The notes under the pieces were generated by a model. That model worked only from the letters and a program-made list of their open reading frames with translations, ran no database searches and had not been told where the DNA came from. Shown here piece by piece: positions 19,884 to 28,075 of a stretch of 64,000 nucleotides of DNA. Both the position numbers and the translations under genes were made by a program. Each line of letters begins with the position of its first letter. Positions within the stretch are counted from its first letter, which is position 1. This DNA is from Myxococcales bacterium (GTDB lineage Bacteria; Myxococcota_A; UBA9042; JABWCM01; BTVJ01): NCBI GenBank assembly GCA_045863395.1, contig BTVJ01000023.1, forward strand, positions 1 to 64,000, given 5' to 3'.

Positions 19884-22800
19884 GTGAAGGCATGGATGGT
19901 GCTGGGCCTGGTCCTGGCGGGGTCGTGGCTCTGTGGTGGCGTCGAGGCGCAGGAGTGGGACATCCGCAAGTCGGACAAGCGCCCGGAGCCGCGCAAGACT
20001 GTCAAGCCGGCCAAGCCTGGTGGGGACGACAGGGCCCGCGAGGGCCTGGACACGTGGCTTCGCATCCTGGAGGACGACCCCGCGGGGGGCTACGCCCTCG
20101 GCAAGGTGCTGGAGCTGGCCGGCGAGGGCGGGGGAGTGCCGGCGTTGGTGGCACGGTACGAGGAGCGCGTCCGCAAGGACGCCAAGGACGCAGGGGCGTG
20201 GCTCATCCTGGGGCACCTGCAGCGGGCGACCGGCGACGCGGAGGCGGCGGCGCGCTCCTACGAGGCGGCGGCGGCGGACGGGAAGAGTCCGGCGCCCCTG
20301 GTCGCGCTGGCGGAGCTGAGGGCGGCGCGGCGGAGCTGGGCGGAGGCGATCACCGCCTACGAGGGGGCCATCGAGCGGACCCGCGAGCGGAGCGGCAAGC
20401 AGGCGCTCCTGGAGGCCCTCGCCAAGGTGGCCTTCGAGGCGGGGCAGGGCGACGTGGCGGCCGGCGCCATCGAGCGCCTGGTGGCCACCGCGCCCGGCGA
20501 GCTCGGCGTGCGCCTGGCGGCTGCGCGGGCGCTCTCGTCCCACGGCACGCCGCAGCAGGCCCTGGACGCCTGGGCGGCGGTCGAGGAGCGCGCGGGCGGC
20601 GACTGGCAGGCGCGTGTGATGGCCCTGCACGAGATGGCCGCCTGGCAGGAGCGCCTTGGGCACGACGACGAGGCGCTCGTGCTGCTGCGGCGCGCCCTGG
20701 CGGTGGTGCCCCGCGGGAGCGGCGCGGACGGGGAGACCCGCGAGCGCATCGTCGCGCTCTACCGGAAGCAGGGGCGGGTCAAGGACCTGATCGCGGAGCT
20801 GCTGCCCCAGACGGGGAGTGATGCAGGGCGCCTGGCCGTATTGGCGCGCCTGTACGAGGAGGTGGGGGATGACGCCAAGGCCCTGGAGACCTACAGGCGC
20901 GTGACCAAGGCGCAGCCGCGCAACGCGGAGGCGCGGCGCCAGGTCATGGCGCTCCTGGATCGCCTCGGGCGCGCCGAGGAGGCCCTGGCGGAGCTGCGGG
21001 CCCTGATCAAGGCCACGCCGCAGGACCCGGAGCCCGAGCTGGAGCTGGCGGAGCGCCTCAACCGCGCGGGGCAGAAGGACCGGGCCATCGACGCGCTCAC
21101 GCGCCTGGCGCGCAAGCACGCCAGCGACCCCTCCGTCCACCAGGCGGTCGTCGACGCGTATGTGCGGTTTGGCGCCGACCCGCGCCTCATCGAGGACGCG
21201 CTGCTGGTGCTCCGGCGGCTGGAGCCGGCGGAGGAGGGGCACCTCCTGGGGCTCGGCGAGATCTACTGGACCGCCGGGGACCGGGACCGCGCCATCAAGA
21301 CGTGGGAGAAGCTGCTGACGTTGGGGAAGGATGTGGGGCGCGCCCACCTGCGCCTCGCGGAGACCTTCGTCGAGCACGACCTGGTCGACAGGGCGGACGC
21401 CCAGTTCCAGAAGGCCCTGGAGATCTCGCCCAAGTCGACCAGGGTTCTCAAGAGGTATGCGCAGTTCTTGGAGGCGCAGCGGCGCTGGGACGCGGCGGCG
21501 CGGTCTTGGGAGCGGCTGCTCGGGCTGGCGGAGGGCGATCCCGACGCGGTGCGCGCCGCGCGGCAGAAGGTCGTGGCGCTGCTCGGGCAGTCGGGGCGCC
21601 TCGGGGCCAAGGTGGTCGCGTGGCGGGAGGCCTTCGCCCGCACGCCGGCGGACCGGGACGCCGGCATCTGGCTCGCCGAGGCGCTGGCGTCGCAGAAGGA
21701 CTGGGAGGGGGCGGAGGCGGCCTACCGGCGGCTGCTCTCGCTCAGCCCCGGGGACATCGACGCCATGGTGGCGCTGGAGGCGGTGCTCGTTCATCGCAAC
21801 GATCTGCGGGGGGCGGCGGAGCTGGCGCTGGAGGCGGCGAAGCGCGACGAGGCGCACAAGGCGTCGCACCTGGCCCGCGCCGCCGAGTATGCGCTGCAGC
21901 GCGGTGAGGAGGGGGACGCGCTCACGGCGGCTCGGACCTTGGTGGAGCTGCGTCCCGCGGACGCGGGCGCCCACGCGCGCCTGGGGGACGTGTACCGGCA
22001 GGCGGGCGACCTCGATGCGGCCATGCGCGAGTATGAGAAGGCCGTGGAGCTGGGCCAGAAGGACTATCGTGTCGCGTTCCGCCTCGCGCGGCTGTATCAC
22101 GACGCGGGGCGCATCGACGACGAGGTCCGGGTGCTGCGCCAGGTGGTCCAAGGATCAGACGATCAGGCGGCCATCCTGCAAGCCGGGCAGCGCCTCATCC
22201 AGGTCGGGTCGCGTCTCGGCACGCTGATGGAGCTGGAGGACCTGCTCCTGCCTCTCGCAGTGGCTCGCGACCAGAAGTACGTGTACCGGCGCCTGCTGGT
22301 GGACCTCTACCACCGCACCACCCGGGAGCTGACCTACCGGCTGCGGGTGGATTCGCGGGACGAGGACGCCCGGCGTCGCCTTCGGGGGCTCGCGGACCGG
22401 GGCCTCAAGCCGCTGCTCGACGCCCTGGCGGAGGACGACGTCGGCATCCGCACCAAGGCGGTGGAGGTGCTCCGCGACACCCGCAGCCCGTCGGCGGTGC
22501 TGCCGCTCGTGCGGCTGCTCGACGGCCGCGACACGGAGCTGCGGTTCCAGGCGGCCGTCGCGCTGGCGTTTGGTGGGGGCGAGGGGGCGGTCCCGGGGCT
22601 GGAGCGCCTGGCGGAGAGCCCGGACACGCGGCTCCGGGACGTGGCCGTGTGGGCGCTGGGGGGCGTGCGTGGGCCGGCAGCGCTCGCGCCGCTGCGGAGA
22701 CTCGCGGAGAAGAGCGACAGCAGCCGCACGCGGGCGCTGGCGTGCATGGCGCTCGGAGCGCGGGGGCAGAAGGACGGTGTCGCCGTGCTGATCCAGGCGC

Positions 22801-23957
22801 TCGGCGAGGGGCAGCAGCTCGTACGGGAGAACGCGGCGTGGGCGCTCGGGGCCATCGGCGACCCGACCGCGGTGGAGCCGCTCGTGGCCCGCCTGGAGGC
22901 AGACCAGCCCCCCGTCCGCCGGGCGGCGGTGTGGGCCTTGGGGCGCATCGGGGATCGGAAGGCCGCGCGCCCCCTGGTACGCCACCTGTGGGGCGGCCCT
23001 CGCTCGGACGAGGAGCTGACGAGCTGGGCGCTGTGGAGGGTCGCGACCGGGGCCGCGGAGCCAGGGCAGGGGGAGCGCCTCCGCGAAGCGTACCTGGAGC
23101 TGGCGCGCTTCCGCGAGGCGGAGCTCTCGCTGTCGCAGGCGCTGCAGCGCTTCATGCCGGAGGTGACGCCGGCGCGCATCGACGGGCTCGCGGACGTGGT
23201 GGGGGTGTTGGCTTCGGACGTAGCCGCGGCGGCGGGCGCGGCGCTGGGCTCGGATGACGCCGTGGAGCGCGGCCGCGCCCTCGCCGGGCTGGGCGGGGCC
23301 CCCGGGGACCCGGGTCTGCGCCTCGGGCGGCTGCTGGACGGGGTCGCGGATGAAGCCGCGCACGGGAAGCTCCGAGCCGCCCTCCTGCCGGTGGCGCCAC
23401 ACCTGGGGGAGCTGGCGAGTAGGGGCGGCCCGGAGGACCGGGCGTCGGCGCTCGTGGTGCTCGGAAAGCTGGGACCGGGGCTGCCCGAGGCTGCGGTCTC
23501 GGCCATCGGGAGGGGAGTCGGGGACGACGACGGGGCGGTGGCGGAGGCGGCCCTGCTCGCCGCCGCCCACTGCGCCGACGCGCGCCTCGTGGAGCCCCTG
23601 CTGGCGGTCCGGCCCGGCGCCCGCTGGACTCACCGCCTGGCGCTGGCTCGGGCAGCAGGCCGGCTCAAGGACGCTCGCGCGACGGAGCTGCTCCGCGGGC
23701 TCCTCGCGGATCCCGCCGGCCTCGTCCGCGCAGAGGCGGTCCGCGCGCTGGCGCAGGTCGCCGGTGGCGACGCGTCGCCCGCGGTCATCGCCGCCCTCGG
23801 GGACACAGACGCGGTCGTCGTGGCAGCCGCCATCGAGGCGGCCGGGGCGCTCGGCGATGGCGCGGCGGTGTCGGCCCTTGAGCGGGTCCGAGACGACGGC
23901 CCCGTGGACGTCCGCCCCCTGGCAGCTCAGGCGATTGGTCGGCTGAGCGGGCGTTGA
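19884..23957 (+). CDS. secreted TPR and HEAT repeat protein
   Basis: AAGGAG RBS, signal peptide, many TPR-like helical repeats, then HEAT-like repeats (VRENAAWALGAIGD, VRRAAVWALGRIGD). Confidence 0.85.
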   Translation: MKAWMVLGLVLAGSWLCGGVEAQEWDIRKSDKRPEPRKTVKPAKPGGDDRAREGLDTWLRILEDDPAGGYALGKVLELAGEGGGVPALVARYEERVRKDAKDAGAWLILGHLQRATGDAEAAARSYEAAAADGKSPAPLVALAELRAARRSWAEAITAYEGAIERTRERSGKQALLEALAKVAFEAGQGDVAAGAIERLVATAPGELGVRLAAARALSSHGTPQQALDAWAAVEERAGGDWQARVMALHEMAAWQERLGHDDEALVLLRRALAVVPRGSGADGETRERIVALYRKQGRVKDLIAELLPQTGSDAGRLAVLARLYEEVGDDAKALETYRRVTKAQPRNAEARRQVMALLDRLGRAEEALAELRALIKATPQDPEPELELAERLNRAGQKDRAIDALTRLARKHASDPSVHQAVVDAYVRFGADPRLIEDALLVLRRLEPAEEGHLLGLGEIYWTAGDRDRAIKTWEKLLTLGKDVGRAHLRLAETFVEHDLVDRADAQFQKALEISPKSTRVLKRYAQFLEAQRRWDAAARSWERLLGLAEGDPDAVRAARQKVVALLGQSGRLGAKVVAWREAFARTPADRDAGIWLAEALASQKDWEGAEAAYRRLLSLSPGDIDAMVALEAVLVHRNDLRGAAELALEAAKRDEAHKASHLARAAEYALQRGEEGDALTAARTLVELRPADAGAHARLGDVYRQAGDLDAAMREYEKAVELGQKDYRVAFRLARLYHDAGRIDDEVRVLRQVVQGSDDQAAILQAGQRLIQVGSRLGTLMELEDLLLPLAVARDQKYVYRRLLVDLYHRTTRELTYRLRVDSRDEDARRRLRGLADRGLKPLLDALAEDDVGIRTKAVEVLRDTRSPSAVLPLVRLLDGRDTELRFQAAVALAFGGGEGAVPGLERLAESPDTRLRDVAVWALGGVRGPAALAPLRRLAEKSDSSRTRALACMALGARGQKDGVAVLIQALGEGQQLVRENAAWALGAIGDPTAVEPLVARLEADQPPVRRAAVWALGRIGDRKAARPLVRHLWGGPRSDEELTSWALWRVATGAAEPGQGERLREAYLELARFREAELSLSQALQRFMPEVTPARIDGLADVVGVLASDVAAAAGAALGSDDAVERGRALAGLGGAPGDPGLRLGRLLDGVADEAAHGKLRAALLPVAPHLGELASRGGPEDRASALVVLGKLGPGLPEAAVSAIGRGVGDDDGAVAEAALLAAAHCADARLVEPLLAVRPGARWTHRLALARAAGRLKDARATELLRGLLADPAGLVRAEAVRALAQVAGGDASPAVIAALGDTDAVVVAAAIEAAGALGDGAAVSALERVRDDGPVDVRPLAAQAIGRLSGR

Positions 23958-24099
23958 CCCGGGCGAGTCAGGTCACCTGTCGGCCCCGAGCCCCTTGGAA
24001 GGATCGCACAACCGGGACCTTACAAACGCTGACTGGGGAGGTACACCGCCACAGCGTGCGGACTGGCCGGACCCATGCGGCCTCTGCTACCCTCGATGA

Positions 24100-24858
24100 A
24101 TGATGAGTGTCACTGAGATCATGGAACGTGCGCGAGAGTCAGGGATCAGCCCTTGGCTGGCGATCAAGACGGTGTGCGCCGAGCGGTTCCTCGACGCGTT
24201 GGCTCACGACCCGGGGCCGGCCGTGCTGCAGGGGGGTGCTGCGCTTCGGTTTGCGTATGGATCTCCGCGGATGTCGGTGGATGTGGACTTCGCTGGTGTG
24301 GGGGCAGGGGGCCACATCTGCGCGCATGGGCCAGCGCTGGCGGCCGCCGTCCAGGAAGCCATGGGCACTCCGGTGGCGTGGAGCGACGTCCTCGTGGGGC
24401 GGCTGACGCGGGCCAAGTTGACGCTGGTGCTTCCCTCCAGAACCACCCTGGTCCTTCCCGTAGAGGCTTATGACGTCGCTGCGCATCGTCCAATCGCCAC
24501 GGCCGTGGGACCGGTCGAGTCGCCGGAGGAGATTGTGGCGGACAAGGTCATCGCCACGGCCGAGAGGTTGGAGCGACGCGGTACCGCCAAGCTCACGGAC
24601 TTCTATGACATCTGGTTCCTGCGCGCGCGCTGCGGCGCAGATCTACCGACCCGCGATCTTCTCGAGGACAAGCTTCGAGACTATGGGCGCGGTGTCTCGA
24701 CTGTGGATATCACTGCCTATGTCGAAGCGCTCGCGCCTGAAGACCTTCTCCATGTGCTGGAGCGGGTGTTGCCGCCCTCGGAGCTGGCGACCACGGACGT
24801 GACCGAGATTCTGGAGTTGACCACCAACGTGTTGGAGACCTACCGTGGGCTCGTGTGA
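24100..24858 (+). CDS. AbiEii/AbiGii-family nucleotidyltransferase toxin (type IV TA)
   Basis: LQGGAALRFAYGSPRMSVDVDF (GG-x-A-L...R-x-S-x-D-x-D), EIVADK and D-FYDIWFL. Confidence 0.85.
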   Translation: MMSVTEIMERARESGISPWLAIKTVCAERFLDALAHDPGPAVLQGGAALRFAYGSPRMSVDVDFAGVGAGGHICAHGPALAAAVQEAMGTPVAWSDVLVGRLTRAKLTLVLPSRTTLVLPVEAYDVAAHRPIATAVGPVESPEEIVADKVIATAERLERRGTAKLTDFYDIWFLRARCGADLPTRDLLEDKLRDYGRGVSTVDITAYVEALAPEDLLHVLERVLPPSELATTDVTEILELTTNVLETYRGLV

Positions 24859-25240
24859 ACGGACCAGCGACTACGTCAGTTTCGACACCGCGCTCTCTCT
24901 GCGCTGTGTCTTGGACGATGTGACGTATGTGAACCGCATCGCGTGCGTGCGCGGTGACTACCGCGAGCAGACCCGTGAAGGATATCTCGTAGAGTGGATC
25001 TCGCTGCCAGACGATGTACTCGCGCTGGGGGAGCCCACAGGTGACCTGACCCACATGGGACTTCCAGTGGCAGACCCCGAGAAGGCCCTGTGCGACCTCC
25101 TGTGGCTGTGCGAGAGCCGGGGCTTCACGGTTCCCGTCGACTCGCTCCGCCTGGATGGCCTCGACTCGGAGCGACTCTCACGTTATGCCGCACACATGCT
25201 GCTGGACTTGCGACGCCTTGGAGGGGGATCGGGGCGCTGA
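24845..25240 (+). CDS. AbiEi-like antitoxin C-terminal domain, N-terminally truncated (possibly a pseudogene)
   Basis: YVSFDTALS and VADPEKALCDLLW match AbiEi C-terminal-domain patterns. No N-terminal wHTH. Overlaps the toxin stop. Confidence 0.6.
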   Translation: MGSCERTSDYVSFDTALSLRCVLDDVTYVNRIACVRGDYREQTREGYLVEWISLPDDVLALGEPTGDLTHMGLPVADPEKALCDLLWLCESRGFTVPVDSLRLDGLDSERLSRYAAHMLLDLRRLGGGSGR

Positions 25241-25303
25241 ACAACCAGAGGCGTCAGTACACGCCGTCAAGGCGTCCACGGAGATCCTGAACGAATGCGC
25301 CCC

Positions 25304-25535
25304 TCGCCGAGCACTTCGGGAGCGAGAGCGGCTCCTTCGCCACTCGGGTCCATGGGTCGAACCTGCTTGACGACGGCACGGTCATCGCGCCCGGCGGGAT
25401 CAGCGGAGACTACGGCCTGTAGGCCATCCGATTTCCCTGTGGCGGGCTCGCCAAGACCGGGTGGCTCGTGGTGTTCGCCGACAACCAGCACTTGAACCGC
25501 TTTCGCCTCGCCCATGCAGTCCCGCCCCCCTGACG
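25304..25535 (+). pseudogene. repeat A: degenerate copy of the last ~76 codons of the gene at 31001-32557
   Basis: Manual alignment with 32328-32559 gives 14 substitutions in about 232 nt, including TAT>TAG at 25419-25421. No start codon. Confidence 0.92.
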
Positions 25536-25702
25536 TCGCTCGACCTCCAGATCGGACGGGGTCACCCTGGCCGGTGCCTCCACCGGGCGCGCGATGGCCG
25601 CGCTCGGGACGGTCGAAGGAAACCGCAGGCGTTCGCCCGCTCTCGCTTGCCATGCCACGGCGCCTGCCCCCGATGCGAGCCTGGCCACCCGCGCAACGGT
25701 CG

Positions 25703-25732
25703 TTGACCCGGGCGCGAGGCGTCTTCTATACT
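25703..25732 (+). promoter_or_regulatory. sigma70-type promoter of the FHA gene
   Basis: TTGACC-N18-TATACT, about 40 nt upstream of ATG 25772. Confidence 0.6.
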
Positions 25733-25771
25733 CGCCCGCCGGAGCGCCGAACCACGGAAGGAAGTCACGTC

Positions 25772-26551
25772 ATGAGCAAGCCGAGCTGTCCCCACTGCGG
25801 TAGCGTCGTCCATCGCGGAGATCGCTTCTGCGGCCACTGCGGAGGCGTGCTGTCCAAGGGGCCGGCGGGCCCCGTGGAGACCATGTTCTTCGAGGCCCTG
25901 CCGTCCGTGAAGCGGGCGCGCCTCGTCCTGGTGCGGGGTGAAGGGCGCGAGGGCGCCACCTTCGTGCTGTCTGGCGACGAGCACGTGGTCGGGCGGGATC
26001 AGGGCGCCATCGTGTTCCCGGAGGATCCGACCGTCGGCGAGCCCCACGCCTCGTTCTCCTACCGGGACGAGCGCCTGTACCTGCGCGACATGGGCTCCTC
26101 CAACGGCACCTACGTCCGCATCCGGCAGGAGATGCCGCTGCGCGACGGCGACACGTTCATCTGCGGCGAGCAGGTGCTCAGCTTCGCGCTCTACCGGCCC
26201 GTGGCGACGGCCACGTCGGAGCCGGGCACCCGCTACTGCGGCACGCCGCTCCGCCCGTGGCGCTACCAGGTGCGGCAGCACCTGGCGGGGGGGCGCGAGG
26301 GGGTGGTCCACCCGACCCGCAAGAAGATGCTCCAGATCGGGCGCGAAGCGTGCGACCTCAACTTCCCCTACGACCGGTTCATCTCCGGCCGCCACTCCAC
26401 CATCGAGGAGCGCGACGACGGCTGGTACCTGGTGGACCAGAACAGCCGCAACGGCACCTTCTACCGCATCCCGCAGGGAGCCGAGGTGGGCTTGCGCGAG
26501 GGCGACTACGTGTTCGTCGGGCGGGAGCTGCTGCGGGTGGAGGTGGCGTAG
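25772..26551 (+). CDS. zinc-ribbon plus double FHA domain protein
   Basis: CPHCG...FCGHCG, then two FHA domains (VVGR...H...DMGSSNGTY and IGR...SGRH...DQNSRNGTF). Confidence 0.9.
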   Translation: MSKPSCPHCGSVVHRGDRFCGHCGGVLSKGPAGPVETMFFEALPSVKRARLVLVRGEGREGATFVLSGDEHVVGRDQGAIVFPEDPTVGEPHASFSYRDERLYLRDMGSSNGTYVRIRQEMPLRDGDTFICGEQVLSFALYRPVATATSEPGTRYCGTPLRPWRYQVRQHLAGGREGVVHPTRKKMLQIGREACDLNFPYDRFISGRHSTIEERDDGWYLVDQNSRNGTFYRIPQGAEVGLREGDYVFVGRELLRVEVA

Positions 26552-26585
26552 CGGTGGGCGCCGCCGCTGTGGGCACGCACGCCGT

Positions 26586-26684
26586 GGGTCACGGCACGTA
26601 GCGGACGAGCAGGAACCCGCCGACGCCGAGCACGGCGGCGAGAGCACCCACGTGGATCACCCACGCCTGGCTCTGCGGTGCCGG
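26586..26684 (-). repeat. repeat B: copy of the 3' end (stop codon and TM segment) of the Ser/Thr kinase gene
   Basis: 99 nt matching 32770-32868 with 5 mismatches by manual alignment. Confidence 0.92.
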
Positions 26685-27509
26685 GGGCCGTCGTTGGAGT
26701 CATGGTCCCACAGAGCCCACGTGGGCGGCCCGGTGCGCTGCCATGGGCGGTCGTGGACGCGTCAATGAGAAGCAACGGCGTAGCACGCACCAGCTCGCCG
26801 GTCCGGTGACGTCCTTCCGCGGGCCGTGTGGAGCGATGGCTGCGAGCGCACTGGGTGGATCCCGGGGGTCTCGCCTGTCTACGGGAAATTTGTGGCCCTT
26901 TCTGGTCGCTTGTCGGCCATCGCGTCGAATTCCGCATATCGTTGTCTTGAATTGCCTGGATGCTCGCTTGAGCGCCTTGAGGGTTGCTGTGCAGGTACAA
27001 CACACCGTGGATCCTCACTGGCCGCTGGATCTGCACTCCGCTCTCCTCCTGCTGTGGACAGCTCAAGCGACTTCCGGCACTTGAATCCGGTGGTCACACG
27101 TCTCGCCCGATTGCGGCAAAGAATTCAATTCAGGCGTTGACTTCGATGCGAGTGAAGAGCACGGTCACGCTTGTGCCCCGGTCGGGCGCGCGACGTTGAG
27201 GGGCGTCGGCGACGGGGCGACGGGGCGACGAGATTCTTGGGGCAACGGCCTGTATGGCCGGAGTCCATTGCTCGAAGATTTGAGTTGCTGGTTCATGGTG
27301 CCGCGCGAGGCTCCTCAGTGGAGGGTTCGTTCCGCACGGCTTGGGGGCGAACGAGGTGTTCGGAGATCGATTGGACTTCTGTTCTGTGGTGGCGGGAAGG
27401 AGCGCACGAGCTTACACGAGGCCCGTATGACCTGTTCGGGGACGCCGCACGGGGCCTGTCCGCAGGGGGCGAGGCGCCCGTAGGGTGTCAATTCCTTGGG
27501 AGACAGCAG

Positions 27510-28029
27510 ATGAGGCGAAGACGACTGCACCTGGTCCCTGCGTGCCTGCTCATTGGGCAGGCGTGTGGCAGTAGCCCCCCCCCTGACGGAGGTAGTCTCA
27601 CAACCGGAGGGTCGGCTCGAGGCAGCGCTGGCCACTGACGTGGGCGAGCAAGCACTCCAGCTCTTGGGGAGTGGCTCGAAGGTGACCTCGGTCGACGCGA
27701 CGCTGCGGCTGCGGTTGACGACCCCCACGGGCTCCGTGCTCGACCTCCAGCACGTCACGCTCCTCCTGCCCGACGGGCTGGAGAGCTGGCGCGCGCCGTG
27801 GCCCGGCCGCGACGTGGAGGCGTCCAAGGCCCGACTGAGCGGCACGGGCGAGTACGACGTGACGATCCCAATCGGGTTCTCGGCGGCCGAGTTCGTGGTT
27901 CGCATCGAGGCGACCGACGAGACGGGCGCTCCGTGGATGTTCGACCTGCCCGTCGCATCGTCCACTCTCGCTGGGCTCCCCGTGGAGGCCCTGTCGCTGT
28001 CGGTCAACGACGCCCCGACCTCCCGCTGA
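27510..28029 (+). pseudogene. lipoprotein gene frameshifted in a C9 tract
   Basis: GGGAGA RBS, ATG 27510 and signal MRRRRLHLVPACLLIGQAC. Removing one C from the C9 run at 27575-27583 joins this to the 27553-28029 frame (SPPLTEVVSQ...). Confidence 0.7.
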
Positions 28030-28075
28030 GCGTAGAGAAGCAGGCGGACCTCGCAGCCGCCAAGGGGGGTGCACG

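Noticed and set aside
18105..22151. N-terminal ~1350 aa of the listed 1757-aa minus-strand ORF
   Set aside because: Antisense shadow of the sigma54 regulator and TPR genes. Only 16878-18104 is credible.
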